64,000 bases of DNA. Origin: Adineta vaga. Lineage: Eukaryota; Animalia; Rotifera. Every line of letters starts with the position of its first letter. Within the stretch, counting starts at the first letter, position 1. The DNA is taken from NCBI GenBank assembly GCA_021613535.1, contig CP075493.1:6820001-6884000 (forward strand), given 5' to 3'. The position numbers and the translations under genes were made by a program. Under the pieces are notes generated by a model. The model had not been told where the DNA came from. It did not search any database and saw nothing but the letters and a program-made list of their open reading frames with translations. Positions 1 to 15,792 of the stretch are shown in pieces.

Positions 1-1724
1 CTAGAGATTTGTGGTTGACGTCATTATATAATGGATGACGAGTTTTACAGCTTGATTTAGTAGCTGCTTGGATTTGACGTTTAATGTCTAATGGTAGAAA
101 TATGTTTTGTGTTCGTACATGTTCAAACATAAAAAAGAAAATTTTCAAGAAAAGAGTACATCTCAGTCTCAATTAACAAATGTGTTGAGACACAAAGTAG
201 GATATAAATCGCATCTGAATGCATTTCCCGATGTATTCGAGTTTCAATGAAATGCGGCGAGATGCATTTGTTAATACAAAGAGTGCTTCATGTTTATATG
301 GTAACTGGTACTTATATTCCATTCCTATTCTCTCATTGACATTCAGAGAATTACAAGAGTAGCAATGATTCGCGAGTGGTGAAGTAGTTCTATCTCGAGT
401 TCACACATATTTCTTTTCGAATACATTCATCATCGGTGTCGACGAACCCGACTGTACTAGATCTATTGAAATTTTTCTTGGTGTATACGTTCAATTAAAT
501 ACACATGATAATGAACATTTAGTTGTTGAATATACATCCATAATAATTTATTTGTCTATAATATGGTGATTTTGTTTACTTGAGAAATTGACGTTAACTG
601 CCTTTCTAAATCCATCAATTGTCATGTAGATTCTTTGAAAATATACCAGCAACGCATATATTATGACGTATTTTTCAATGAACCAGTGGCATATTGATCA
701 GTGACTTTTTGACTAGGAATATATTGATGGAGTATATAATTTTCGTATTTACATTTAATGGATATTTCCTTTCATATAATATTAGTATTTTAACAAATCA
801 TATTTAACATTAGTCGAAAAGAGATGGCATAATTAAGGATAAACTTCGTTTGAATTGATTTGATCAATTTTGATTGAAATGTTCTAAATATATTTGTAAA
901 AAATATCGAACTCATATAATATAGTCATCTATAACCTTTGAACAATTTCACAGCATCCATACAATGAGAATTCAAATGAGTTTTGGATCATAAACAAGAT
1001 AAAAATGAAGACATTTTCAAGAGTCATTAGAAAGATGATCTTATAAATTTTAAAATAATCGACTGTAAACGAATATAATCGATTGTCATACTTAGATAAA
1101 TAACTATTGAATCCATACAAAAAATTTAATACACCCTTTTTTTTAATTTTTTAATACTTGATGTTTCCAGATAAAAACTTTCTCTTCTATCAGAAAAATA
1201 TATATTTTGACCAAAATCATAGAGTATATGATTGTTCGTTCTTTTTTCAATGTTTTAAATTCTAATGAAAACAAATAACAATCTTGATGTCTTGTGTAGA
1301 AGAAGTTTTTCTTTTCTACTTTCACGGCAAAAGAGATAAAACTTCCATATTTAGACTTACGAAATGAGAACAAAATTAAAAATTAACGTTTCGTAATAAT
1401 CTCATCTACATTTCCACTCATTTTTTGTTATTTATAGACAAGCAGTAATTTATTAGAGCAACTCTATCTTCATTTAATTATCGTAAATGAAGTAGCTGTC
1501 TAATTCAACTTCGAGTATAAATAACGATGTTCAAAAAGCGCTCTTAGTCATTATTTTTTTATAGATATAATGATTTAGACTTTATTACTCATAAATAAAA
1601 TTTGTAAGAAGAGTCATATATGTGCAGAATTTTGAAGTATAATCGCATATAGATAAAAGAAAATCTATTTCTATTCCATGGAAAAAATCTAGCTCAAGTT
1701 CCGTGATTTATTTTCTAACTGATA

Positions 1725-2175
1725 TCAAATAGCTGAATGTGCATTTATATTCGAATTTGAATCCGGCAGCTGATGATAATATTGTTTCAACTGTTTTCGA
1801 GGAACACTGTAAGGTGCTCTCTGTTGGTCGGTCAGATCAACGCCTTTCATAGTGATATTGTAGTCGTGCACGCATACGAGTATTTCAGTTTGTTTATTTC
1901 TTTTATGAATAATCGTCACGTCATCATCGTGGTAGGTTGACAATATTTTAACATATTTCTTATCCGTTCATTTCAATGCCATTGATCTCTTTTAACAACG
2001 AACGATTCTCTGATTCCTTCTGTTTGACATGTTTGAAATCGAGATTGGAAGTAACTGAAAAAGGGCAAATGATTTATTATTTACGGAAAAAACATACTAC
2101 AGAAAGTATATTTTCTCATTTTTCTTATAAGAGTTTCTCTGACGCCTATAGGCGTCGATAACAGTTAAGGGTTAA
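1725..2175 (-). mobile_element. Decayed piggyBac transposon: transposase fragment plus one terminus
   Basis: Minus strand reads MALK*TDKKYVKILSTYH...VHDYNITMKGVDLTDQ...RKQLKQYY, matching the piggyBac W.DK..V..LST.H and DYN..MGGVD..DQ motifs, with the Trp replaced by a stop. The end reads AGGG+TTAA at 2168-2175, with the palindrome GACGCCTATAGGCGTC at 2141-2156. Confidence 0.8.
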
Positions 2176-3379
2176 TGAAATAATAGTAAGAACATCATCA
2201 AAACCAATTTATTAAAGAAAATTCTTCGTATATGCTTCTCACGTGTTGTGATTCGACAATAAATCAATCAACGAATTCTTATCAATGGTCATGTTGTTGC
2301 ATATAATGAAAGAACAAACGAACATAAATTTATGATTTCAAGAGTAATAGTACGAAAAAATCAATTCTTTTTAGAATTGTATACATTGATATTGTTGAAA
2401 CTAAAAATGCATGTTGTTTTTGTCCCAATGTTTCTATTAATATTCTATGCGACTGATAATAACTGATATGAACAGATTTCTCGATTACTCTTGAAAGTGG
2501 GGAGGGGGACTAAATTTTGGCAGAAAGTCTTCCTGTCAAGATCTACTAGTGTCAAGGGTATGCCATAATTTCCAATGGTAATATCTAAGAAGGTTCATTT
2601 GAAGAAAGACATAGATTACGAAATAGTAAAGATGAATCATGGAATTTCTGATGAACGCACTGTTGATTAGGAACTAACATAATCAGTATAAAATGACCAT
2701 AATACTGTATAGCTTCATATATTTGCACTATAATCAAAGGCTAGAAAATTGTCAAAAGCATACGGAAAATTTTGGGGGAAAGGGAGGCTAGGCCCCGCCA
2801 GCTTCCTCCTGATTAGAAACCATGTATATAAGGATAGAGATCACTGTACAAGAGAAAACAGTCGTAACAACAAAGAGACCTCTGTTTGATTCAAGACAAT
2901 TAACCATAAAAACAATTTTTTGCCGATGATTTATCTGATATTTTCCCAAATAAGATAAAACAATTATATGAAATTGTTTGATATCGAAAGCAGATTGTCA
3001 TTGATATTATTTTTAATACGTATGAATGGAGAATTCTGTTTTTGTTTTCAAATATATTTATTTATAGATTCAAGGCGCAAGTCAGAATATCTATTTCATT
3101 CAAAATATAAAAAAACCAAGGAGTAGCAGAAAAAGCAAAAGAATAGGAGACAATATAGAAAAACAAACAAACAAACAAACAATTATAATACATAAATCAA
3201 TCTCTAGGATAGTTTAAATGTGTTGAGACGAATCTAAAAAAACAAAAAAAAAAGAAATGAATTGTTTTTGTGTTCTTTGCACGCTTCATTCTTCTATTTA
3301 TCCAACAAATTATCACCTTTCATTCAAGAATGATCTCTCTTGAGACATAACACATACCTTTTTGTTGTTATTATTTTCT

Positions 3380-5698
3380 TCACGGTAATATCGGTGAATA
3401 CCAAAGATGTGGAGCACCGCCATACGCTGACATATTTTTCATATGATCTATACAGAAAGAAAAACATTTTGATTAAATTAATTTCTATATTATTGTTCTT
3501 CTACCTGGAGATAGATTTGGTTGAATAGCTGAGGGATAAGTTGAACAAGAACGATTATAGGGTGTGCTAAAAGGACTAAGTCCATCGTAACCACGTGTTG
3601 AAGCTAGAAAAAGAAAAAGAAATGATGGAAATTCCTTGAGGATATAAATAGCAATTAAGTCTTACTGGGTAAAAATGTTGGGTAACCACTTGAACTGCAT
3701 GCCACAGCAGCAGAAAAACCTGAACTAAATGTTCCATATTGATGATGATGATGATGATGGTGTGGATCATTTGGTATCGACGGATTATTCGATGGAAATA
3801 CTTGAGGATACAATGAAGTAGAAGACGATGATGGAATTTGTGGTGGAGTTGTACCTAAAGGTCGCATATTTTCACCCATATCATTCATTGCTTGTTGTGG
3901 ATGTTGTCGTCGACCTTTGACTTTATCTTCTCGTCGATATTTTGCTCGACGATTAGAAAACCATACCTAGATTTTCAAATAAATGATAATATATTCGATA
4001 TTGTTCAAAATCGAAATTATTTTACTTGTATTCGAGCTTCTGGTAAACTAATTTTAAGTGCAAGTTTTTCTCGTGCATATACATCTGGATAATGTGTACC
4101 ATTAAAAGCTAAATATGAATATATTTCATGATTAATTATATAAGAGACAAAACTACTCAAGATACCTTGTTCTAATGCATCAATTTGTTCTTGTGTAAAT
4201 GATGTTCGATTTCGTTGTAATTTTCTTTTTAATTTTAAACGTTCTTGTACAGCTTCTTCATTTTCATTTAAATCATCTCTCATACCAATTTTGCTATCAT
4301 TACTTTCATCAGATAAATCTACGAACAAAAAAAAAGAAAAGATATGTCTTTGATCGTCAAGGTGTGATGATGAACCTTATGGTCATAATCGAACGGAAGA
4401 CGTAAAAAGGCTAATATTCAATAAGATGCCGAAATGATGATAGATAAAATGATTTTTCATTTGACAACAATGAAGAAGAAAAGAGATTTCTTATTGTAGA
4501 GATAAGCGAAACATCTAATTAAATAAAAACATCATTTCCGTCTGTCCTACTGTGTATGTATTTGTCTTAATTAGTATATAGATAAAATACATTGATGTCA
4601 AAAAAAGTTGATCTGTAGAAAAAAAACATTCCTGCTGTTAGTGTTGTTGTTGTTCTTATTTTCATTTTCTTTTTCCGTACTACTTTAATCAGAACGAAGA
4701 AAAACGAACAGCTCCGCCTTGATGACCGTCTGATCATTTATTTTATTTATCAATCATTAAGAAAAGAAACAAAAGACTTAATGATCTTTTCTTCCGATAT
4801 AACTTAAGGGCATCAGCAGTTATTTCTAATTGTATTCAAACGAACCGATCAATATCATCAGGTGGTCAAACTTCTTCTCTCTACATCTGTGACTTCATCG
4901 TATTAAATCAAAGTTGAGTTAATATACCTGCTAAGTCTTGATGAGGAACATGATTAACATCGATTGTTTGATGTTTATATTCAGAATTTGAATCACCACT
5001 ATTCGAATAGACACTTGATGTAGGTGGATGACCATAAAATGATGATGATGATGGCCAAGGCTGACCATGTAAAACACGTAATTTATTATCAACTGAATAA
5101 TAAGTTTCATGATTAGTCATTGTATCTAATGACTTGGAACCAAGATTTCGAAGAACACGATTGATTGATGAAACCTAAAATTAATATTAAGAAATGATAT
5201 TGTCTTTGTTTTCTCTTGAAAAAAAATGACAATATAAAACTTACACTTGGAATATTTTCGGTATTGCAGACATTATCTACAAGGAGACGATCACGAATTT
5301 CCCACGCGAATATCGATGGTGTTTCGCGTTTATATTGAGCAATTCGTGTAACTACATCAGATGTAGCAACACGTGGCTTAGACCCTCCAATAGCACGTGG
5401 TTTAATTGAACCAGTTTCATAGTATCGTGCTAAGATTTTAGAAACACATCCATTCGATACTTGTAAAAATCGACTAATATCACAAGGGCGCATTCCATTG
5501 TGAGCAAGTTCAACAATTCGCGTTCTAGTAGTATCAGGTAATGGGCGACCATTGACGAATAAACCTCCAAGTTGGTTAACTCCTGAATGACCTGAAAAAT
5601 ATGAATTTGTAATTTTATGCATATTAATTCTGCAGACTTGCGGTGATCGATCACCGATTAATTTCTTATCAAAACAAAAATTTACCTTTATGCGACAT
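3380..5698 (-). CDS. Pax6: Pax6 paired-box + homeodomain transcription factor, 8 coding exons
   Basis: Spliced start MSHK|[10 protein letters not shown]; full paired domain with Q44/N47; linker [10 protein letters not shown]; homeodomain [13 protein letters not shown]...IQ|VWFSNRRAK (S50); PST-rich tail ending LWYSPILP*. Exons approx. 5698-5686, 5591-5245, 5174-4928, 4318-4166, 4108-4026, 3966-3666, 3603-3505, 3447-3380. Confidence 0.95.
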
Positions 5699-8166
5699 TG
5701 AGAGATCGTTATGAATATCCATTGATTAAGTGAACTAGAAGGAATAAAATATGAGATGATATTCAAACAAAAAAAAACCGAATGATTATACCTAGACATG
5801 ATATTAGAATTTTTCTTAGAAAAAAAATATTCTTAGAGGATTCGTTTTTTTTGAAAATATGAAAAAAGAAATAGGATTCTGTTCTTTTCTTCCTTCTCTC
5901 TCTCTTTTTTTTTGATTGAGAATATTAGTAACAACTTACAGTTCAGTGAGTTGGAACTTGTTTCGGATCACACACGCGCAGGCGGGCGGACAACGCTTGC
6001 ACGGATTCGGTTAGTTAGCCTCGTGTGAACGCTCGATTTGTGCGCTTACAACTGAAAGCATCGAGACAAAACACATAAACTAGAGAAAAATCGGGCAAGC
6101 GTATAACGACAAGAAAAAAAGAAATAGATCGGGGGAAGGATAAGAAATAGAGAGAGAGAGAGAGAGACGAGAGAAAATGGCATAAGAGAATCGACCAGCA
6201 GCAAATCCGATTGTTTGTCGGTCTTTTTTCTCTCTTTTTCTGCACTAATGAACAAATTTGTTCTCTTTTCTGACTGGCTACCTTCTTTCCCCTTCTCCAT
6301 ATTAAATGACACTCAAGCACTTTGTTGCAATCAAGTAGATGAAGAACGAAGAGAACAAATTAACTATTGGTTGACTGATTCCTTTTTCCTCGACACTCGT
6401 TTTCTGATTGGTTCGTTCGTTTTTTAGTTCATTATTATTTTACCTGAGATTTTTCTTCTTCGCTCTTTCCTCTGTCTGTTTCTTTCGATTCTTCCGTTTG
6501 AGATTGATGATGAATATCAAAATCGAGACTTTTTAACGACTATACTAGGAGGAAATCTATGCTTGATTACACACATAATAACAGACGGACATCGGACAGC
6601 AGTGACAATTCTCATTGAAACAAGGACAATCATTATCGTCTCATAATTTCTGCTTGAAAAAATCTTCCAAGATTATTAATGTGTCTTTTGCTTATTATTT
6701 TCGGACAAGAAAAACAAAATCTAACATCAGACGCCGAGAATTTTAATGCATAAAGAAAAAGAAATCCGCTTGTTATTTTTCCAATATACATTCTTTCATC
6801 AACTTAGATTTATATGTTTGTAAGCTGATGAAAAAAAAATAGTTTTAAAACAATAGACAAATCAGCAGGTGATACATAGAGAGAAGGCGATTTCATTTCC
6901 CTGGAAAATATGACGCCACAAACAAGTTTAGTTTGATGATCATAAATGAAATGATATGTAGTGATTCTATATCATCGATCAATCACAGCAGGTTGTAATA
7001 ATTATTTCCACTTGGTCTACGGATAATAATTAGCTTCATTTCCATCTGATTAACATCTCTTACATATATACAACTTGATGTTCTTTGTTCATTAACACCG
7101 ACAGACAAGTTTCGTGCTTAGATAGCAATGATCATTCTAGCGTGATGATATCCGTTTGGAAAACAATTTCCTTATGATAGAAAAGAAGAAGAAGAAGCAG
7201 AAATCGCAATTATTCGATCAGAGATAGAAAAAGAAAGAGAGAGAGAGAGACGAAATGAGGTGTTAATACAAAGTAATTTGCTCTGCTCTTGCTTGTCGCT
7301 GTCACCGTCAGTTATTCCGCTGAAATGATCAAAGTAAAATTAGCATAGCATTCCTTCAGGGTCTCGACATGTAAGCGTTATGCCTATCAATAGAATAATT
7401 GCAAAGAACTTATCATTATTAAGTGACGAAACTGAAAGAGAACAAAAAAGATAAAACATTACGGCGAAAGATTTTTAGATCTGATTGATTTTGTTAATGA
7501 AATGAAAAAAGAAAAACGTATTGAAATGTCATTCATTTTCTCGTCATCATGTGTTCAGTGAAACGGAGATGATCTGATCCGATTGATGACAATACAATTG
7601 GACGCATAATCAAAAAAAAAGAAAAAGAAAGTAAGACTAGTGGAAAACGAATTCAATTGATTATGATTCGACTAGGCAAGAAATAAGACGAGCGGAAAAA
7701 GACAATCATCGGCATTTCAATTTCTTTTTCTTCTACAATTGTCTTCAGGCTAGCGCCTTTAGCTTACCTTGTTTATTATTATTGACGAAATAGAATTTTT
7801 ATTCATTAATAAAATCAGATTATCCAGAAAAGAATATTTCTTCTTGATTGAAACATTCAATCAATTAATTTGATATTAATTTTCGTATATTGAATTACAA
7901 CGATTCAAGAATTCAATGTACCATTAAGACTTTATATGAACAATTATCGAACTACTAAATAAAACAAATTCATATTCTTTCACTCTTTTTCCTGTCTAAA
8001 TTATCTCATAGAGTGCACCTTTTACTTCGCTTGATTAACACTATTGACATCTTCTAAACATTTCATATAGAAATGCATTCTAACTATTTATTCAATCTAG
8101 ATAATATATGAGAAAATACAATGGAATAATCAAGCTGGAATAATTATATGATAAAAATATTGCATT

Positions 8167-8445
8167 TTAAAGTTTTAATTTTTCTGCATTAGCTTTGGCA
8201 TCTTTTTTTAGATTTTCAGCTGTCTGTTTCGCTTCATTGGACAATTCTTTGGCATGATGTTTTGTTTCGTCATGTAATTGTTCCAAATGTTTTGCTTCAA
8301 CTTTTTGTTCATGTTTAAGGTCAGCTGCAGCATTTTCAGCATCACAACGACGAATTGTATCTTGTTCAGCAAGATTATCAGCAATGCCTCGACGTTCTTC
8401 TTCAAGAACATGAGCATTATGATGTGAAATTGATTCTTTTGACAT
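8167..8445 (-). CDS. Small hydrophilic, group-3 LEA-like protein (92 aa)
   Basis: Intronless ORF rich in A/E/K/H with no F, W or Y; C-terminal 11-mer-like units TKHHAKELSNE/AKQTAENLKKD/AKANAEKLKL. Confidence 0.6.
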   Translation of the reverse strand: MSKESISHHNAHVLEEERRGIADNLAEQDTIRRCDAENAAADLKHEQKVEAKHLEQLHDETKHHAKELSNEAKQTAENLKKDAKANAEKLKL

Positions 8446-8567
8446 GAATTTTGGTAAAAAAAAAAACTATCTAGAAGAAGTAGTCGCTCGTTTTAATCAA
8501 CATAGAGATTTATTTCTGGATTTCTTTAATACATAATGACAAGAAGGAAAAACGAAAAAACAAATGA

Positions 8568-11731
<3,164 letters not shown>

Positions 11732-11953
11732 CGTTTGTTCTCTATCTGAATAAGATGAAAACAATTTATCATTCCATTTATTATTCTGTTGATATTTTTT
11801 TATCGAAAGCAACAAACAAGATTTTATTTTTTCGTTTTTTTTCTACTTCAATCACATTATTGTGGCTCAAGAGAATAGAATTCACGTTTGATTTTTTTCC
11901 GTATTTACAATAAGCACAAACACAGACACAAAAAAAATAAGAAGAAAAACAAT

Positions 11954-13346
11954 TCAAATTAGCAATGTAACAAATTGTGGTTGATTATGAATATCTTTTC
12001 GACACATTGGACATGAACGATTTTTTAACATCCATTCTCCAATACAGGATGAATGATATTCATGTGAACATGCCAATATACTAACTTCTTGACCACTACG
12101 ATAATTTTCCAGACAAATTGAACATTCTGAACCCGTTTCACCGTTGGATAATGTTGGAGATCGTGAAGGTGATAAACAAATAGTTACAGAAGATGATGTG
12201 TTGAATAATGTTTGAAATTTAACATCTAATTTTGGTTCTTGTTTAATAGAAATTGTCGATTTCGAAGGTTCATTAAGAATTCGTTGAATAGAATTTGCCT
12301 AAGAATGAAAATATAGAAATATTGTCTTTGTACAAAGAACATATATGAATCTATTTACATTTGGTAACGTTTGAGCCGTACATATACCATTTTGTAACAA
12401 ATTTTGTTGAATTTCCCAAACAAATATCGTAGGTTTACTTGATTTAAGTTTAAGAATTTCATTACGAATGTGAGCAGTTAAACGTGGACGTTTATTAACT
12501 TTGGACGGAATCGAACGTTTCGTTATTGGAATAGATGCTGTCGAAGGTTGCGGCAGTGGTGGCGGTGGTGGTAGCGAAAAATTCATTGGTGGTAAAAGAT
12601 TAAAATATGGCGGATACGGACTATTCGATGCCATTTGAGATACTCGCGAATTCACAGAAGTTTTATCATTGGAATTTGATATTGAATTATACGATGGATA
12701 TGAAGCTAGAATAGATATAGTTAACGATTAATTTTCAATTTTAAAATAATAATTTCATTAACATACATGATCCAGGATGATCTGGATATGATGTAGCACT
12801 GTGTGTACGTATTAAAGATGAATTATTATTCCATCCGAAAAATAGATCTGGTGATGGATGTGAATAATGAAATGGAATTGTTGACGATTGATTTGTTGTC
12901 GATGAATAAATTGATGTTGATGTTGGTAGAGTTGATTCAGCTAGACGGAAGAAAGAAAATAATATCATTTCAAAATATATATTTCTTTACTTACTATGAC
13001 GTCGATAAAAATTTGGATTTGTATTATTCAAATTAGGAATTATATCAAACGACGACGATGACGACGACGACGACGATGATGACGACAATGAATACGGCTT
13101 ATTTGTCGTTGATGTATTACCGGTTGAAAAAGAAACAGATTGTTGTGGAGAATATGTTGGATAGTTCGACTTTTCCCAAGGATACTGATGATGACGATAA
13201 TCATATGTAGTTGGATATGATCGATTACTTGCATAATTTGTATAATCTAAGAAACAATAGAGATAATATTGGATATAAAATTTTGATTTTTACTTACCGA
13301 TCGTCTGAGACATGGGTGAAACCGTATTTTCTGTGACTGTCATCAT
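11954..13346 (-). CDS. Chimeric protein: S/P/Y-rich N-terminus + paired-domain RED subdomain + C-terminal RING-H2 finger (~388 aa, 5 exons)
   Basis: Exons 13346-13298, 13246-12995, 12940-12767, 12705-12359 and 12298-11954 splice in frame (1167 nt). Contains KRPRLTAHIRNEILKLKSSKPTIFVWEIQQNLLQNGICTAQTLPN|ANSIQRILN and CSICLENY...LACSHEYHSSCIGEWMLKNRSCPMCR. Confidence 0.85.
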
Positions 13347-14425
13347 GATCTAAAATAGAAAGAAAGAAAGAAACAATAACGCCATGTTGAATCTATGTGT
13401 TCACTCATTGCAAACAAAAAGAAAAAAAGTAGGCCCACTTCGTCACGACAACTGTGTACGTATTGTGTATGTATACCTCCTTCTCTCTCTAGACGCTTGT
13501 TCGTTCTGAACGAACAAATGCGGGAGAAAGAGAGATGCTCGCCGTCTCGTCTTTCTCTTAATTATACAGTTTGTTCTTTCGTTCTGTCCTCCTTTTTTCT
13601 CCATTTCTCTCTCTCTTCCTCTTTCCTTCAATTTTTTTTTATTCACAAGGCAATGGAAAATGGAACTATGCTATCTTTTCTCATTTCTTTTTCTTTAATT
13701 ATACTCTTGTTATTTATGAAGGCGGTCGACATCCCATTGAAATCGCCCGTCGCAATATATGTATATATGTATATACATATAAATGCGCACGGACGCTCCT
13801 CGGCGTTTTTTCTCTTCTCTTTCGCTCTCGTGTCGGACTAGATAAGACAAATATATAAGATGCATGACCACTACTGTCAAGCTAGTTATAACTCGCAAAA
13901 ATGATAATTGATCACTCTCATCTGTAAGCTTCAATGGTTTACGTTCTTTCCCTGAGGTTAAAAATGTGAGCATCTGTCTATCTATCTCTCTAGCCTATTT
14001 CTTTTTACGCACGAATAATAAAAAGAAAAGAATGAAGAGAGGAAAAATGAATCTTTTGTACATTTGTCTATTACGTCTTTTTCCTCTTTTGATACACAAA
14101 AAAAACCGACTGAACAGATTGAACAGTAAATGACCTAACATTTTAGAGCGGATAGTTAATTCTCTCACAAAAGATTCTTGTCTTTGATACATACAAACAA
14201 ATGAGAAAGAGAGAAAAAAGTGTAAATAGAAAGACAAGACAAATACACACATGCACACACAGAGAAGAGAATCCATTTTTTTCTTGCTTAACATCGTAAA
14301 AATGTACATGAAGAGACATAATAGAAGATTTTACTGTTGCACACGCATACACACAAACACACAACGAAAGAAATCTACCTAAATCCATAAATGTGTGCAA
14401 TAAACTATACATATTGATATTTATA

Positions 14426-15792
14426 TCAGCAAGAAGAAGATAGAAAATTATCGCGACGACATATAGGACAGGATGAATTCATTGTAAACCAACGTGCAAT
14501 ACATTTCGAATGATATTCATGTTGACATGGAAGTACACGAATATGTTGTCCATTTTTGAAATGTGACATACAAATAACACAAGCTGTTTGTTTCGAAGAT
14601 AATGTCGAGGTTTTATAACGATAAGAAAAGAACTGTTGAACATCTACTTGATTTAAACGATTTGGATCAGATAATTTCTCCGCTAGATCTAATAATTGTT
14701 CATAATTTTCACGTTCACGATAGGAACGCCATGGTTGTGGTTGATGAATATGATGATAATGATGATGATGTAATTGTTCATCGGATGAACATGTTGATGT
14801 TGATTCACTCGATGAATCTGAATGTGCTGGAGATATATTTCCCGTTCGAATTATTGTTTGTTGTTTATTATCAAGTATAAAATTTGTTGTACGTAATGGA
14901 CTAGAACCATTCGATTGAGGTGATAATAAACGTAAATTTGTTTTCGATGATTTTGGTATTGTGCCTGAAAAAAAATAATAATAATGAAAATAAATTTTCT
15001 TGTTGATCAACAAGAATTTTGTTATTTACTTTTCTGATTCGATTTTATCAATGAATTACTATGAAAAATCGATGAATGATGATGATGATGATGTTCGGTT
15101 AGTAATGGTGAATAGTGATCGGACAAATTATGTTCATGATTGGGTGCACTATTTGTTCGATGATACGACATTGTTGTTGTGGCTAACTGTGGTAATGCTG
15201 GTAGAATATTATTGAATAGTAATGGAATTTCATTTGATGTTCGAAGATGATCCCAAGATGATGGAAGAAGATCTTGCTCCTGTTGATGTTGAAAGACCAA
15301 TGATCGACGTTTTAATGTTGCGTGCGGAGGTTGATTTTCTAATTCAATCTTATTTGAAGTTTCATATCGAGCTCGTTTATGAGTCTAAAAAACCGAATAG
15401 TTGTATGAAAAATGGAAAACGAATCATGATTCTCTTACATATTGGTCATATTCATGCAGAGAATGATGTGCTGTATAAGTGACTAAATCATCTTGTGCTG
15501 ATCGTTTTCGAGTTCCTCGTGTTGTTGTCATTGTTAGATTTCGATCATAAATAAAATCTTGACTATTTGTAGATATTGATTTTGATACAGATGATTCATT
15601 ATTTATGGAACAACGACGTCGTTTGTTTGATATAGTAGCAGATGTTATGAGATGATCGATGGAAATCGGAATAATTGGTTGATGATTTGAATTCATTTGT
15701 AATTGTTGTTGTTGTTGTTGTTCAACATAATGATCATCATGGTTTATTAAATGATATCGTCTTAGAGATGAATTCGTTTGTTTTTTATCCAT
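14426..15792 (-). CDS. RNF38/RNF44-like RING-H2 E3 ubiquitin ligase
   Basis: ENYEQLLDLAEKL motif followed by CVICMSHF...LPCQHEYHSKCIARW...SCPICRRD; low-complexity Q/H/S-rich N-terminal exons. Confidence 0.85.

Noticed and set aside
1-600. Short open frames at the window start
   Set aside because: Interrupted and with no recognisable motif; a gene call cannot be supported.
5699-5799. ORF-track N-terminus [10 protein letters not shown]... for Pax6
   Set aside because: The donor after ATG TCT AG is out of phase with the paired exon; the MSHK| exon at 5698-5686 gives the conserved HKGHSG start.
13395-14412. Several overlapping hydrophobic or Lys-rich ORFs
   Set aside because: They arise from AG/CT- and AT-rich low-complexity UTR or promoter sequence, with no coherent protein features.
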